Shown: piece by piece, positions 24,845 through 33,700 of the stretch
Numbering within the stretch: position 1 is the first letter of the stretch
How the letters are laid out: each line of letters starts with the position of its first letter
IMG/VR virus record: IMGVR_UViG_3300049182_000103
Location: 1-34,875 of that record
DNA from: a virus
Lineage: Duplodnaviria; Caudoviricetes
Strand: one strand, 5' to 3'
DNA: 34,875 bases
Translations under genes and position numbers: made by a program
Notes under the pieces: generated by a model
What the model saw: the letters and a program-made list of their open reading frames with translations, nothing else
Told to the model about the DNA's origin: nothing
Databases searched by the model: none

Positions 24845-25993
24845 ATGGCCTGGCGCGGTCGAGCAGTAGCGGCAGTTGCAGCAATTCGCAGGCGCGTGGC
24901 CGCCACCCTGGAGGTCGAGGTCGGCAGCGTCCTGACGATGCCGCTGCCGGCCGGGCAGCTGGGCACGATCTACATCCAACGCAACGGCGTTGACATCCCG
25001 GGCGCCGTGAGTGCGCCGAACAGCAACTACTACCTCTACACGGTGGTGGCGGAAGACGCCGGGCAGCCGCTGACCGTGCGCATGGAGAACGGCTCGCTCG
25101 ACACGACCCCGCCGCGCCGGCACGCGATCGGCATCCGCATTGCCGCGCCGAACAAGATCGTCATCACCTACAACAAGGTGCTGTCTCCCCTGGCGATCGC
25201 CTCTGCGCAGTTCACGCTCGGCGGCACGACGGCCACGGCCAAGACCGTCACGGCCGCGGTGGTGGTGGACAACACCGTGGAAGTCACGGTCTCCAGCAAC
25301 TTCGTGCCGGGCGACGCGCCGACGCTCGCCTACACCCAGTCGGGCACTGACTCGCTGCGGGTGAAGGACTGGGCCGGCAACCTCGTGCCGTCCTTCTCCG
25401 CGGTGCGCGTGTTCAACGAGTTCCCGGCGCCGGCCACGGCAGCAGCGCTCATCACCACGTCTTCGGTGTGCACCGTCGGCGGCGGCGGCTTTGTCTTCAG
25501 CGGCACAGGCTCGTCGGCGCAGTGCCACCAACTCACGCAGAGCAATTTCGCCAGCGCGACGCACCAGGGCGTGCTGCTGGCCGGCGGCGGCTCGGGATGG
25601 GTGGAGGCCCAGGTCACCGACACCAACGCCGCCGTGCGCCACATCGCGCTCAAGATGGACACCTCGCCGGGCACGAGCATCAGCGAGATGGACCACGCCG
25701 TGCGCATCACCGGCGGCACCGCGCGGCCATACGCGGACGGCGTGGCGGTCGGCTCGCTCTACACCTTCTCCACGCCCTCGACGCTATGCCGCGTGCGCAT
25801 CTTCTGCGACATGCCATCGGGGGAGATCCACTTCGAGACGTCCGAGGATGGCGCGGTCAACTGGACCCGCCGCTACACGTGGACGCTGGTGCGCGACACG
25901 GAGGCACTCATGCACGCCTGGGTCAACAACAACAGCACGACCGTGGCCTGCGTGGGTTGCGCGCTCCAGGGCTTCAGCGACAGGGGATTCTGA
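24845..25993 (+). CDS. Ig-like plus SwmB-repeat plus C-terminal beta-sandwich protein
   Basis: DTTPP...KIVITYN..L...F...VT...V..NTV.VT....PGD..TLAYT.....VKDWAGN.V.SFS...V.N matches the SwmB repeat pattern. Confidence 0.7.
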   Translation: MAWRGRAVAAVAAIRRRVAATLEVEVGSVLTMPLPAGQLGTIYIQRNGVDIPGAVSAPNSNYYLYTVVAEDAGQPLTVRMENGSLDTTPPRRHAIGIRIAAPNKIVITYNKVLSPLAIASAQFTLGGTTATAKTVTAAVVVDNTVEVTVSSNFVPGDAPTLAYTQSGTDSLRVKDWAGNLVPSFSAVRVFNEFPAPATAAALITTSSVCTVGGGGFVFSGTGSSAQCHQLTQSNFASATHQGVLLAGGGSGWVEAQVTDTNAAVRHIALKMDTSPGTSISEMDHAVRITGGTARPYADGVAVGSLYTFSTPSTLCRVRIFCDMPSGEIHFETSEDGAVNWTRRYTWTLVRDTEALMHAWVNNNSTTVACVGCALQGFSDRGF

Positions 25994-27177
25994 TGCGACT
26001 GCTTCGCACCATCTTGCTTCTGGCGTTCGCCAGCGCCGCCGTTGGCTTCACCGTCACGGTGCCGACCGTGATGTTCAACGGCGTCCCGCTGCGCCTGCTC
26101 AACAGCCCGCCGCCGGACTACCCACCGTCGGTGGCCGCGGGCGTGTTCGAGATGTACCCGTCGACGCAGTTCGAGGTCAACGGCGATGCGCTGCCGCCGC
26201 CCGCGGCCGGCTTCTCGACGCTGCGCAAGCGCGACAACACCGGCGGCGGTGTGCAGGCGAACAGCACGCCAGACGGCGGCGCTTTCCGCATCGTCTGCTC
26301 CACCAGCCACCTGGCGTTCACCGACCCGATCGTCTATCCGCCGAACGGCTCCGTGACGTACCCGTTCAGGAGCCACCTGCACAACTTCTTCGGCAACACC
26401 AGCGTCTCGCACCTGACCCAGCCCACCACGCTCTTGGCGACGGTTGGCAACAGCAGCTGCGTCGGCGGCACGGCGAACCGATCCGGCTACTGGGTGCCTG
26501 CGGTCATCGATACGACCACGGGCTTCCCGGTCATCCCCTACGCAAACATCGTCTACTACAAGAACGAGTCCGCGTATCGTCGCGCGAACCTGACTGCGGT
26601 GACGGTGCCGCCGGCTGACCTGCGGATCATCGCAGGCAACCCGGCGAACACCTCGACGACGCTGGGCAATGCCTATCGCTGGGAGTGCCCGCTCGGCGCC
26701 AACTTCAGCGCGACGATCCCGGGTGCCGGATGCGCCAACGGCTCGGACGTGCAACTGCTGGTGTTCTTCCCGCAGTGCTGGGACGGCGTGAACAAGGACA
26801 CCAACACCGTTCAGGCCCAGAGCGCGCCGTACAACTACCCGAACGATCACCAGAGCCACATGGCCTACGAGAACCCGACCACGGGCTGCCCTTCGTCGCA
26901 TCCGGTGATGATTCCGCAGATCAGCTTCAACATCCGCTACAAGGTGGCCGCGACGCCGGACCCCGTCACCGGCGCCTCACGCCGGCCAGAAAACTGGCGC
27001 CTGCACTCGGACACCTACGCGACCAGCTTCGCCGCAGGCGGCCTGAGCGCCCACGGCGACTGGTGGAACGGCTGGAACGCAGGCGTGCTGACGCAGATCG
27101 TGCAGGGCTGCCTGCACGCCTCGCTCGACTGCCACGCCCACCTGCTCGGGCTGTCCCCGAATGAGACGCTGTATTGA
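25993..27177 (+). CDS. DUF1996-domain protein with a signal-peptide-like N-terminus
   Basis: FRIVC..SH...DPIVYP, SHLHNFFGN, NRSGYWVP, LRIIAGN, FPQCWDG, DHQSHMAY, CPSSHPV.IP, HGDWWNGW; starts at TGATG overlap with MRLLRTILLLAFASAAVG. Confidence 0.85.
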   Translation: MRLLRTILLLAFASAAVGFTVTVPTVMFNGVPLRLLNSPPPDYPPSVAAGVFEMYPSTQFEVNGDALPPPAAGFSTLRKRDNTGGGVQANSTPDGGAFRIVCSTSHLAFTDPIVYPPNGSVTYPFRSHLHNFFGNTSVSHLTQPTTLLATVGNSSCVGGTANRSGYWVPAVIDTTTGFPVIPYANIVYYKNESAYRRANLTAVTVPPADLRIIAGNPANTSTTLGNAYRWECPLGANFSATIPGAGCANGSDVQLLVFFPQCWDGVNKDTNTVQAQSAPYNYPNDHQSHMAYENPTTGCPSSHPVMIPQISFNIRYKVAATPDPVTGASRRPENWRLHSDTYATSFAAGGLSAHGDWWNGWNAGVLTQIVQGCLHASLDCHAHLLGLSPNETLY

Positions 27178-27361
27178 GCTCGCACTCGTGCTCATCGCCG
27201 CGCTCGCGCCGTTCTTCGCGGTGCGCGCCTGGCGGTACGAGCAGCAGTTGGCCGAGGTGAAGGCCGAGATAGCCGCCACGAGCGCGGTGTGCAAGCCGCC
27301 GGCCGGCGCCGCGTCTGCGGGGCTGTCAGCTCTCCGGTTGAAATCCACCGGTTCCATCTGA
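27161..27361 (+). CDS. Small N-terminally anchored membrane protein (possible truncated i-spanin)
   Basis: Hydrophobic N-terminus followed by AWRYEQQLAEVKAE helix; 3' end overlaps promoter copy 4. Confidence 0.45.
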   Translation: MRRCIELALVLIAALAPFFAVRAWRYEQQLAEVKAEIAATSAVCKPPAGAASAGLSALRLKSTGSI

Positions 27362-27365
27362 GAAT
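27333..27365 (+). promoter_or_regulatory. Phage promoter family copy 4 (TCCGG-TTGAAA-N16-GAGAAT), upstream of the lysis cassette
   Basis: Shares TCCGGTTGAAATCC (14 nt) exactly with copy 2. Confidence 0.7.
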
Positions 27366-27431
27366 TTTCCGAGCCGCCTCGTTCTGGCGGGTGCCAAGCC
27401 CGACCGGGCGGTTTCGGAAAGGTACACGGCG

Positions 27432-27710
27432 ATGGGCGAGAAAGCGGCGATGACACCTGACGATGTGCGCAATGCCGTCGCCGAAGGCGTGCGAGACGCG
27501 CTCAACGACCCAGCGACCACGGACATGTTCTGCGCCAACGTCCTCGCCAGCATGCAGAAGCGAGCCGCGCACCAGACCGGCCGGATGCTGCTGGGTGGCC
27601 TGATCGGCATCGCCAAGCGGGCGCTGGCGTTCCTGGCGCTGGGCCTGATCCTCTACAACATCGGCGGGTGGGCCTTGATCGTGAAGACCTACAAGGCGGT
27701 GCTGCCATGA
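27432..27710 (+). CDS. Putative holin or antiholin-type membrane protein
   Basis: Directly upstream of the endolysin; C-terminal hydrophobic segments; alternative start at 27450. Confidence 0.55.
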   Translation: MGEKAAMTPDDVRNAVAEGVRDALNDPATTDMFCANVLASMQKRAAHQTGRMLLGGLIGIAKRALAFLALGLILYNIGGWALIVKTYKAVLP

Positions 27711-28216
27711 ATCGCGCTCCCGCATGGCTCATCGAGGCGCGCCGGCACATCGGACAGCGCGAGGTTCCCGGCCCTGGATCCAACGCATGGATCAAGTCTC
27801 TGTGGCTGCGCTTGCCGGGTGGCGCGTGGTTCTGGAAGCACTTCGGCTCCGACGATTCGAAGTTGCCATGGTGCGGGGCCTTCGTCGCATCCGTCATGGA
27901 CACGTGCGGACACCAGTACCCGAAGAAGTACGCCAGCGCCAAGGCGTGGCTCGACTGGGGCACATGGCTTGAGCATCCAGAGGTCGGGTGCGTCGTCGTC
28001 TTTGCGCGCGACGGTGGCGGTCACGTGGGGTTCGTGGTCGGCCGCGACCTGCACAAGAACCTACTCGTACTCGGGGCGAACCAAGGCGACGCCGTGAGCA
28101 TCGCGGCGTTCCGGCAAGACCGTGTGATGGGCTACCGCTGGCCCAGCGACGCAATGGCGCCTGTTGCCGCCGCGCTGCCGTTGGGCGCCGCGGACCTTTC
28201 AAGGAGTGAGGCATGA
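27707..28216 (+). CDS. Endolysin, TIGR02594 family (NlpC/P60-CHAP-like peptidase)
   Basis: PAWLIEARRHIG.REVPG...N.WI, PWCGAFV (catalytic Cys), SAKAWLDWG, GCVVVF.R.GGGHVGFVVG (His), LGANQGDAV. Confidence 0.9.
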   Translation: MNRAPAWLIEARRHIGQREVPGPGSNAWIKSLWLRLPGGAWFWKHFGSDDSKLPWCGAFVASVMDTCGHQYPKKYASAKAWLDWGTWLEHPEVGCVVVFARDGGGHVGFVVGRDLHKNLLVLGANQGDAVSIAAFRQDRVMGYRWPSDAMAPVAAALPLGAADLSRSEA

Positions 28217-28458
28217 AAATCCCGACCCCCAAGTCCCCGCTGCAGTTCGTTGCCGCGCTCGCCATCCTCGGCGGTTTCTACGGCGCGCTGTTCCTACCCG
28301 CCTTCTCGTCGGCCAAGTTGGATCCCGGCATGGTCGAAATCTGCAAGAGCGTCACGCTGATCCTGATCGGCTGGCTCTTCGGCAATGCCATGAACGCGCA
28401 GAGTTCTGCCAACACCCCGCCGGCGCCGCCGGCACCACCCAAGGAGCCCACCAAGTGA
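28213..28458 (+). CDS. Two-TM membrane protein, putative holin
   Basis: Two hydrophobic helices, ILIGWLFG motif, in the lysis cassette with an ATGA overlap. Confidence 0.6.
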   Translation: MKIPTPKSPLQFVAALAILGGFYGALFLPAFSSAKLDPGMVEICKSVTLILIGWLFGNAMNAQSSANTPPAPPAPPKEPTK

Positions 28459-28838
28459 CCCCGAAACAGATGATCCAGCGCTTCGGCGCGTTCGTCGCGC
28501 TGATGCTGTTTGCGCTCGCCGTCGTCGTGTCGCAGTCAGGCTGCGCCACGGTCGGCGTGCCGGCACCCGACACGCTCGCGAAGAAGGTCGGCTACGCGCA
28601 CACGAGCCTGGCCGTCGCCGCTGACACGGCCAAGGCCCTGTGGGTCGCCAAGAAACTGGACCGCGCCGAGGCCGAATCCATCGAGGACACGCTCAGCGCG
28701 TCGTGGGATGCCCTGGTGACCGCGCAGAAGCTGGTCGAGAGCAACCCGCTGGAGGCGAGCACCAAGCTCGACGCGGTGCTCAAGGGCCTGCAGGCGCTGC
28801 GGGCCTATCTCGTCACCAAGCAAGGGAGCCAGTCATGA
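28455..28838 (+). CDS. Lipoprotein in the lysis cassette (o-spanin-like role possible)
   Basis: AAGGAG RBS and GTG start; signal peptide ending in lipobox-like QSG-C; helical mature region. Confidence 0.7.
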   Translation: MTPKQMIQRFGAFVALMLFALAVVVSQSGCATVGVPAPDTLAKKVGYAHTSLAVAADTAKALWVAKKLDRAEAESIEDTLSASWDALVTAQKLVESNPLEASTKLDAVLKGLQALRAYLVTKQGSQS

Positions 28839-29065
28839 GCGGAACCGCCACCACCATCGCCGTGCTCGACGGCATCATCGCCGGGATCATCCGCACGGAG
28901 CAACTGCGCCAGGTCGTCGAGCGCATGAAGCTGGAAGGCCGCACGGACTTCAACCAGGCCGACCTCGATCACCTCGCCGGCCAGTCCAAGCAGGCGATCG
29001 TCGATTTCGGCGACGCGATCCGCGCCGGCATCGTCACTGCGAGCAGCGCACCGAAGGTGCCGTGA
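28835..29065 (+). CDS. Small helical protein coupled to the lipoprotein gene
   Basis: GGGAG RBS and ATGA overlap; weakly hydrophobic N-terminus TIAVLDGIIAGII, then a KLEGR.D amphipathic helix. Confidence 0.65.
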   Translation: MSGTATTIAVLDGIIAGIIRTEQLRQVVERMKLEGRTDFNQADLDHLAGQSKQAIVDFGDAIRAGIVTASSAPKVP

Positions 29066-30705
29066 AGACGATAGACGTCGTCGGCTTCGCCGGCTCAAAC
29101 CAGAGCGTGGACCCGCTCCTGCTGCCCGAGGCAGTGGGGGCGATGGCCGTCGACATGGAGCCGGGCCGCGGCAACTTCCGCCCGCTGAAGGCGCGGGTGA
29201 CGGTCGCCACCGTGCCGTCCAGCCCACAGCGCCTGTCGATCTGGCGCATGGGGCGCGACGTCGTCAACGATGCCGACTACTGGCTGTCGAGCTCGAACGT
29301 GCTCAACTACACGCTTGGATTCGGCACCGACAGCACCGAGCGCACGTACTACACCGGCGAGGCCTCGCCGCGCTGGACGAACAACAACATCGGCCTGACC
29401 GGCGGCGCGCCGTACCCGCAGACGTATCGCGAGCTTTCCGTGCCGGCGCCGACGGTGGCTGCCACCGTGGCGCTGAACACAGACGGCACCGGGACGACAG
29501 CGCAGCGCTTCTACCTGCACACCTTCGTCAACGACCTGGGCTGGGAATCGGCGCCGTCGCCGGTCAGCGCGACCCTGAGTTGCAAGCCGGGTGCGATCGT
29601 CGACATCACGAACCTGCCCGCAGCGCCAGCCGGCAACTACGGCATCACGGCGCGGCGCATCTACCGCACCCAGCCCGAGGACTCGAGCGCCGACGGCGCG
29701 GACTTCTTCTTCCTGCGCGAGATTGCCATCGGCAGCACGTCCACGCAGGACGACGCCCGCGCTCTGGGTGACCTGCTGAGCACCGATGGCTGGATCCCTC
29801 CGCCGGCCACGTCATTCGGCATCGTGGCGCTGTGGGGCAGCATGTTCGCGCTGCTCTACGACAAGAACCTGCTCATTTCGGAGCCTGGCGCGCCCTACGC
29901 CTACCCCATCCGGTACTGGAAGGGCCTGAAGGACAAGCCGGTCGGGCAAGTGGTGTTCGGGCAGAACCTGCTCGTGCTCACCGCCGGGCGCCCGGTGCTG
30001 TTCCAGGGAACCGACCCCGCGGGTTTGCAGGACGTCCCATTCAACGTCGGCTTCTCGTGCGCCTCGGCGCGCGGCATCGTCGGATTCGAGCACGGCGCGG
30101 CCTGGCCGTCCAACGAGGGGTTGGCCTACAGCGGCAGTGAGACGCTCGTGACCGAGGGCCTTCTCACCCCCGACCAGTGGAAGGCGCTGAACCCGAGCAC
30201 GATGATAGCCGGACGCTGGGGACGCTTCTACGTGTGCTCCTACGACAGCGGCGGCGGAGTGCTCAAGGGCTTCATGATCGACCCGCTCCGGCCGGCCGAA
30301 GGCATCACCTACCTGTCGGCCGGCTTCAACGCCTGCCACTACGACGAGCTAGCCGACCGGCTGTATGTGCTGGAGGGCGGCAACGTGCGGCGCTTCGCAG
30401 CCGGCCCATCGGTGCTCACTGGCACGTTTACCGCCAAGCGCTTCGCCCAGGCTGTGCCGCGCAACTACGGCTGGGCGCAGGTCGTCGCCAAGGGCTACCC
30501 GGTGACGCTCAAGGTCACCTCGCGCGGGGTGAACTCCGACGGCACGCCGCGCACGAACACCCAAACGCGCACTGTGGCCAACGCCGACCCGATCCGACTG
30601 GCGGCGGGCTTCCTCGCCGACGACATCCAGCCCGAGCTCACCTCGGCCTTCGAAATCACCACCGCGCGACTGGCGCTCAGCGTCCAAGACTTCGGGGGCG
30701 GCTGA
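29062..30705 (+). CDS. Tail nozzle/tail tubular protein B-like structural protein
   Basis: GFAG.N....P.LLP N-terminus, TFVNDLGWESAPSP, RRIYRT, SEP..PYAYP, SCAS.RGIV, PSNEGL motifs of podovirus nozzle propellers. Confidence 0.65.
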   Translation: MKTIDVVGFAGSNQSVDPLLLPEAVGAMAVDMEPGRGNFRPLKARVTVATVPSSPQRLSIWRMGRDVVNDADYWLSSSNVLNYTLGFGTDSTERTYYTGEASPRWTNNNIGLTGGAPYPQTYRELSVPAPTVAATVALNTDGTGTTAQRFYLHTFVNDLGWESAPSPVSATLSCKPGAIVDITNLPAAPAGNYGITARRIYRTQPEDSSADGADFFFLREIAIGSTSTQDDARALGDLLSTDGWIPPPATSFGIVALWGSMFALLYDKNLLISEPGAPYAYPIRYWKGLKDKPVGQVVFGQNLLVLTAGRPVLFQGTDPAGLQDVPFNVGFSCASARGIVGFEHGAAWPSNEGLAYSGSETLVTEGLLTPDQWKALNPSTMIAGRWGRFYVCSYDSGGGVLKGFMIDPLRPAEGITYLSAGFNACHYDELADRLYVLEGGNVRRFAAGPSVLTGTFTAKRFAQAVPRNYGWAQVVAKGYPVTLKVTSRGVNSDGTPRTNTQTRTVANADPIRLAAGFLADDIQPELTSAFEITTARLALSVQDFGGG

Positions 30706-33700
30706 TGGTCTCGGTCGCGAACGGCATCAAGGACATCCCGCACCCAGGGAAACTGCCGTCCAAGGAACTGCGCGAGGTCTTCCAGACCGTTCTGCGCGTT
30801 CGCGAGGAGGTGCAGCGGCTGACCGGCTTTCGCGGGGATGTTGCCGACCAGGCGCTCACACTGCGCACCGGGCTGACCGTCGGCGGCGTCACGACCATTC
30901 CAGGCCCGCCCGGGCCGCCCGGGCCGGCAGGAGGGTCGAGTACGCCGGACCTGACGCCTCCGCCAGACGTCACGAACTTCGCCGCCGTCGCGGCCATCAC
31001 CCACGTCATCGTCACGTTCGACGTCGCGACCTTCACGGTCGGCCATGGCCCGCTCGAGACGATCATCTACGGCGTGCAGAAGAACCCGGGCGACCCCAAC
31101 CCGGTCTTCGGCGATGCGCAGCGCGTCTATGGCGCGCCGCACCCGCTGACGATCGCCGCCATCCCGAGCGAGCCCAACATCCGTTGGCACCTGTGGGCCA
31201 AGTACCGCACGATCGACGGGGTCGAGTCAGTGAACCCGGTCGGGGGCACCAACGGCGTGATCGTCACGACCGGCCAGGACGTGTCGCACCTGCTGGCCGT
31301 GCTCAGCGGGCAGATCACGAGCAGCCAGCTGCACACGGACCTGAATACGCGCATCAACCTGATCGACGCGGCATCCAGCGTCCCGGGCTCGGTCAATGCG
31401 CGCATCGCCACCGAGGCGGCCACGCGCACCAGCGCCGACAACGCACTGGCCACGTCGATCACCAACCTGTCGGCAACGGTCAGCACACTCGACGGTGAGG
31501 TGGACAGCAATTTCACCACGCTGAACTCGGCGATCCAGACCGAGGCCACGGCGCGCGCCAGCGGCGATGCGACCAATGCCAGCGCCATCACCACGGTGCA
31601 AAGCCGCATTGACAACGGCAACGCTTCACAGTTCGATCCAGAAATCGTCTGGGACTTCCAGAACACGCTCGACGGCTGGAGCGTTGCCGGTGCCACGGCG
31701 TCGGTCGGATCGAACTACGTCACGCTGACCTCGAGCGGCAGTGACCCGATGTTCCGCAGCCCGGCGGCGCTTGGCCTGGCCGGAGCGACGCACAACAAGG
31801 TGCGCGCCCGGGTGATGCGCACGGCCGGCAGCGGCTGGGACGGTAAGGTTTTCTACGTGACCGCTGGCCACGGCGAGAGCGGCTCGTTCAACAAGACGGT
31901 CACGCCGGATCCCACGGTGCTCAATCAGTGGGTCACCATCGAATGGGACATGGAGGCGCTGACCGCCGGCGGCACCGACTGGACGACCAGCACCATCACC
32001 CAGATCCGCGTCGACCTGGGCGCCACCGCGGCGGACGTGTTCCGCATCGACTGGGTGGCCGTCGGATCGCGCGGGGTGGGCGTGGCGGCGGCGGTCGTGC
32101 AGCAGGAGATTTCCACGCGCGCCGCCGAGACGGGCTACCTCGGCGCGCAGTACACGGTGCGCGCGCAGGTCACGCAGGGCGGCCGTACCGTCGTCGGCGG
32201 CTTCGGGCTCAGCGCCACGTCGTCGCCGAATGCCGGACCCACGATCGACTTCGGCGTCATCGCCAACAAGTTCTGGGTCGCGGCGCCGCAGGGGACCTCC
32301 GGCGTCAGCGACGTCGCGCCATTCGTCATCCAGACGACTCCCGAGACAGTCAACGGCGTGGTGATCCCGCCGGGCGTCTACATGGACGCGGCCTACATCA
32401 AGAACCTCACGGCGCTCTGGGGGCGATTCGGCACGCTGGTGGCCGACACGATCGCAGCGGCGCAGATCAATGCGGCCAACCTCACGCTGGGCAACGGCAC
32501 GGTCGGCGGCAACCTGCGCAGCACGAACTTCTCGTCAGGCACGGCGGGATGGCTGCTGCAGCCCAACGGTGCTGCGGAGCTCAACAGCGTTCAGGTGCGC
32601 GGCAACAGCACCTTCGACGGCCAGGTGACCATTCGGGACCAGCTGGGTCGGACGCTTTTCACGTCCGGCAGCGCGGTGGACGCGGCGCGCCTGCTCAATG
32701 GCAACGACTACACACCGCACCTGGTGTGGGACTTCGGCGGGGTAGGGTCCGGGTGGACCCATAGCGGTCAGACGGTGACGCTGCAGGCGACGTCTGTCCT
32801 CATCGCCTCCACCGGCAACGATCCGTTCATGTTCAGCCCGGCCATCAGCTTGTCGGGCGCCACCTATGACAAGGTGCGTGTGCGCATTCGGCGAGAGTCT
32901 GGCAGTGGCTGGGACGGTGTCTGCTTCTACGCGATCGATGGCGGCCACAGCTACACCGCCTCCTTCCACAAGAGCATCCCCGATCGCACGCAGATCGGTC
33001 AATGGGTCATCCTCGAGTGGGACATGGCCGCCCTCAGCGTCGGCGGAAGCGACTGGGTCAACAGCACGATCACGAGCATCCGGCTTGACTTTGGAGCCAC
33101 CCCGTCCGACTCGTTCACGATTGACTGGATTTCCATCGGCAAGCACGGGCCGATGCGGATCAACGGCGCGAACATCTCGACATTCATCGAGGGCGCGGCG
33201 ATCGGCAACGCTCAGATCGGCGGTGACATCCAGAGCGACAACTTCGTGGCCGGCTCGGCCGGCTGGCGCATCCGCAAGAGCACCGGCTCGGCCGAGTTCC
33301 TCAACGTCCTGGCGCGCGGCGACATTCAGGCCACGAGTCTGAATGCCGCGACCGGCACATTCACCGGCAACCTATCCGGCGCCAGCGGCACGTTCGGCAC
33401 CATCACGTCTGGCCTGTTGCGCAATGCCGCGAACACCGCCTGGGTGGACTTGAACGCGAGCGGGTCGCAGAACTTCATCGTCGCGCAGAGCGGCGCGGTG
33501 CGCATCACGGCGGATGGCGATGCCTACTTCACCAAGTCTCTGGCATCGGGCACCTGGAGCGGCAGCTTGCAGCTCATCGACGCCGTGGTTGATCCAGAGG
33601 GTGGCGGCAACACGCTCTATCTCACCCCAGAAAAGACGTTCCTGATCGATACAGGCTACTCCAAGCCATGGAATGTGCTGTTCGAGCGCACGATGACGGC

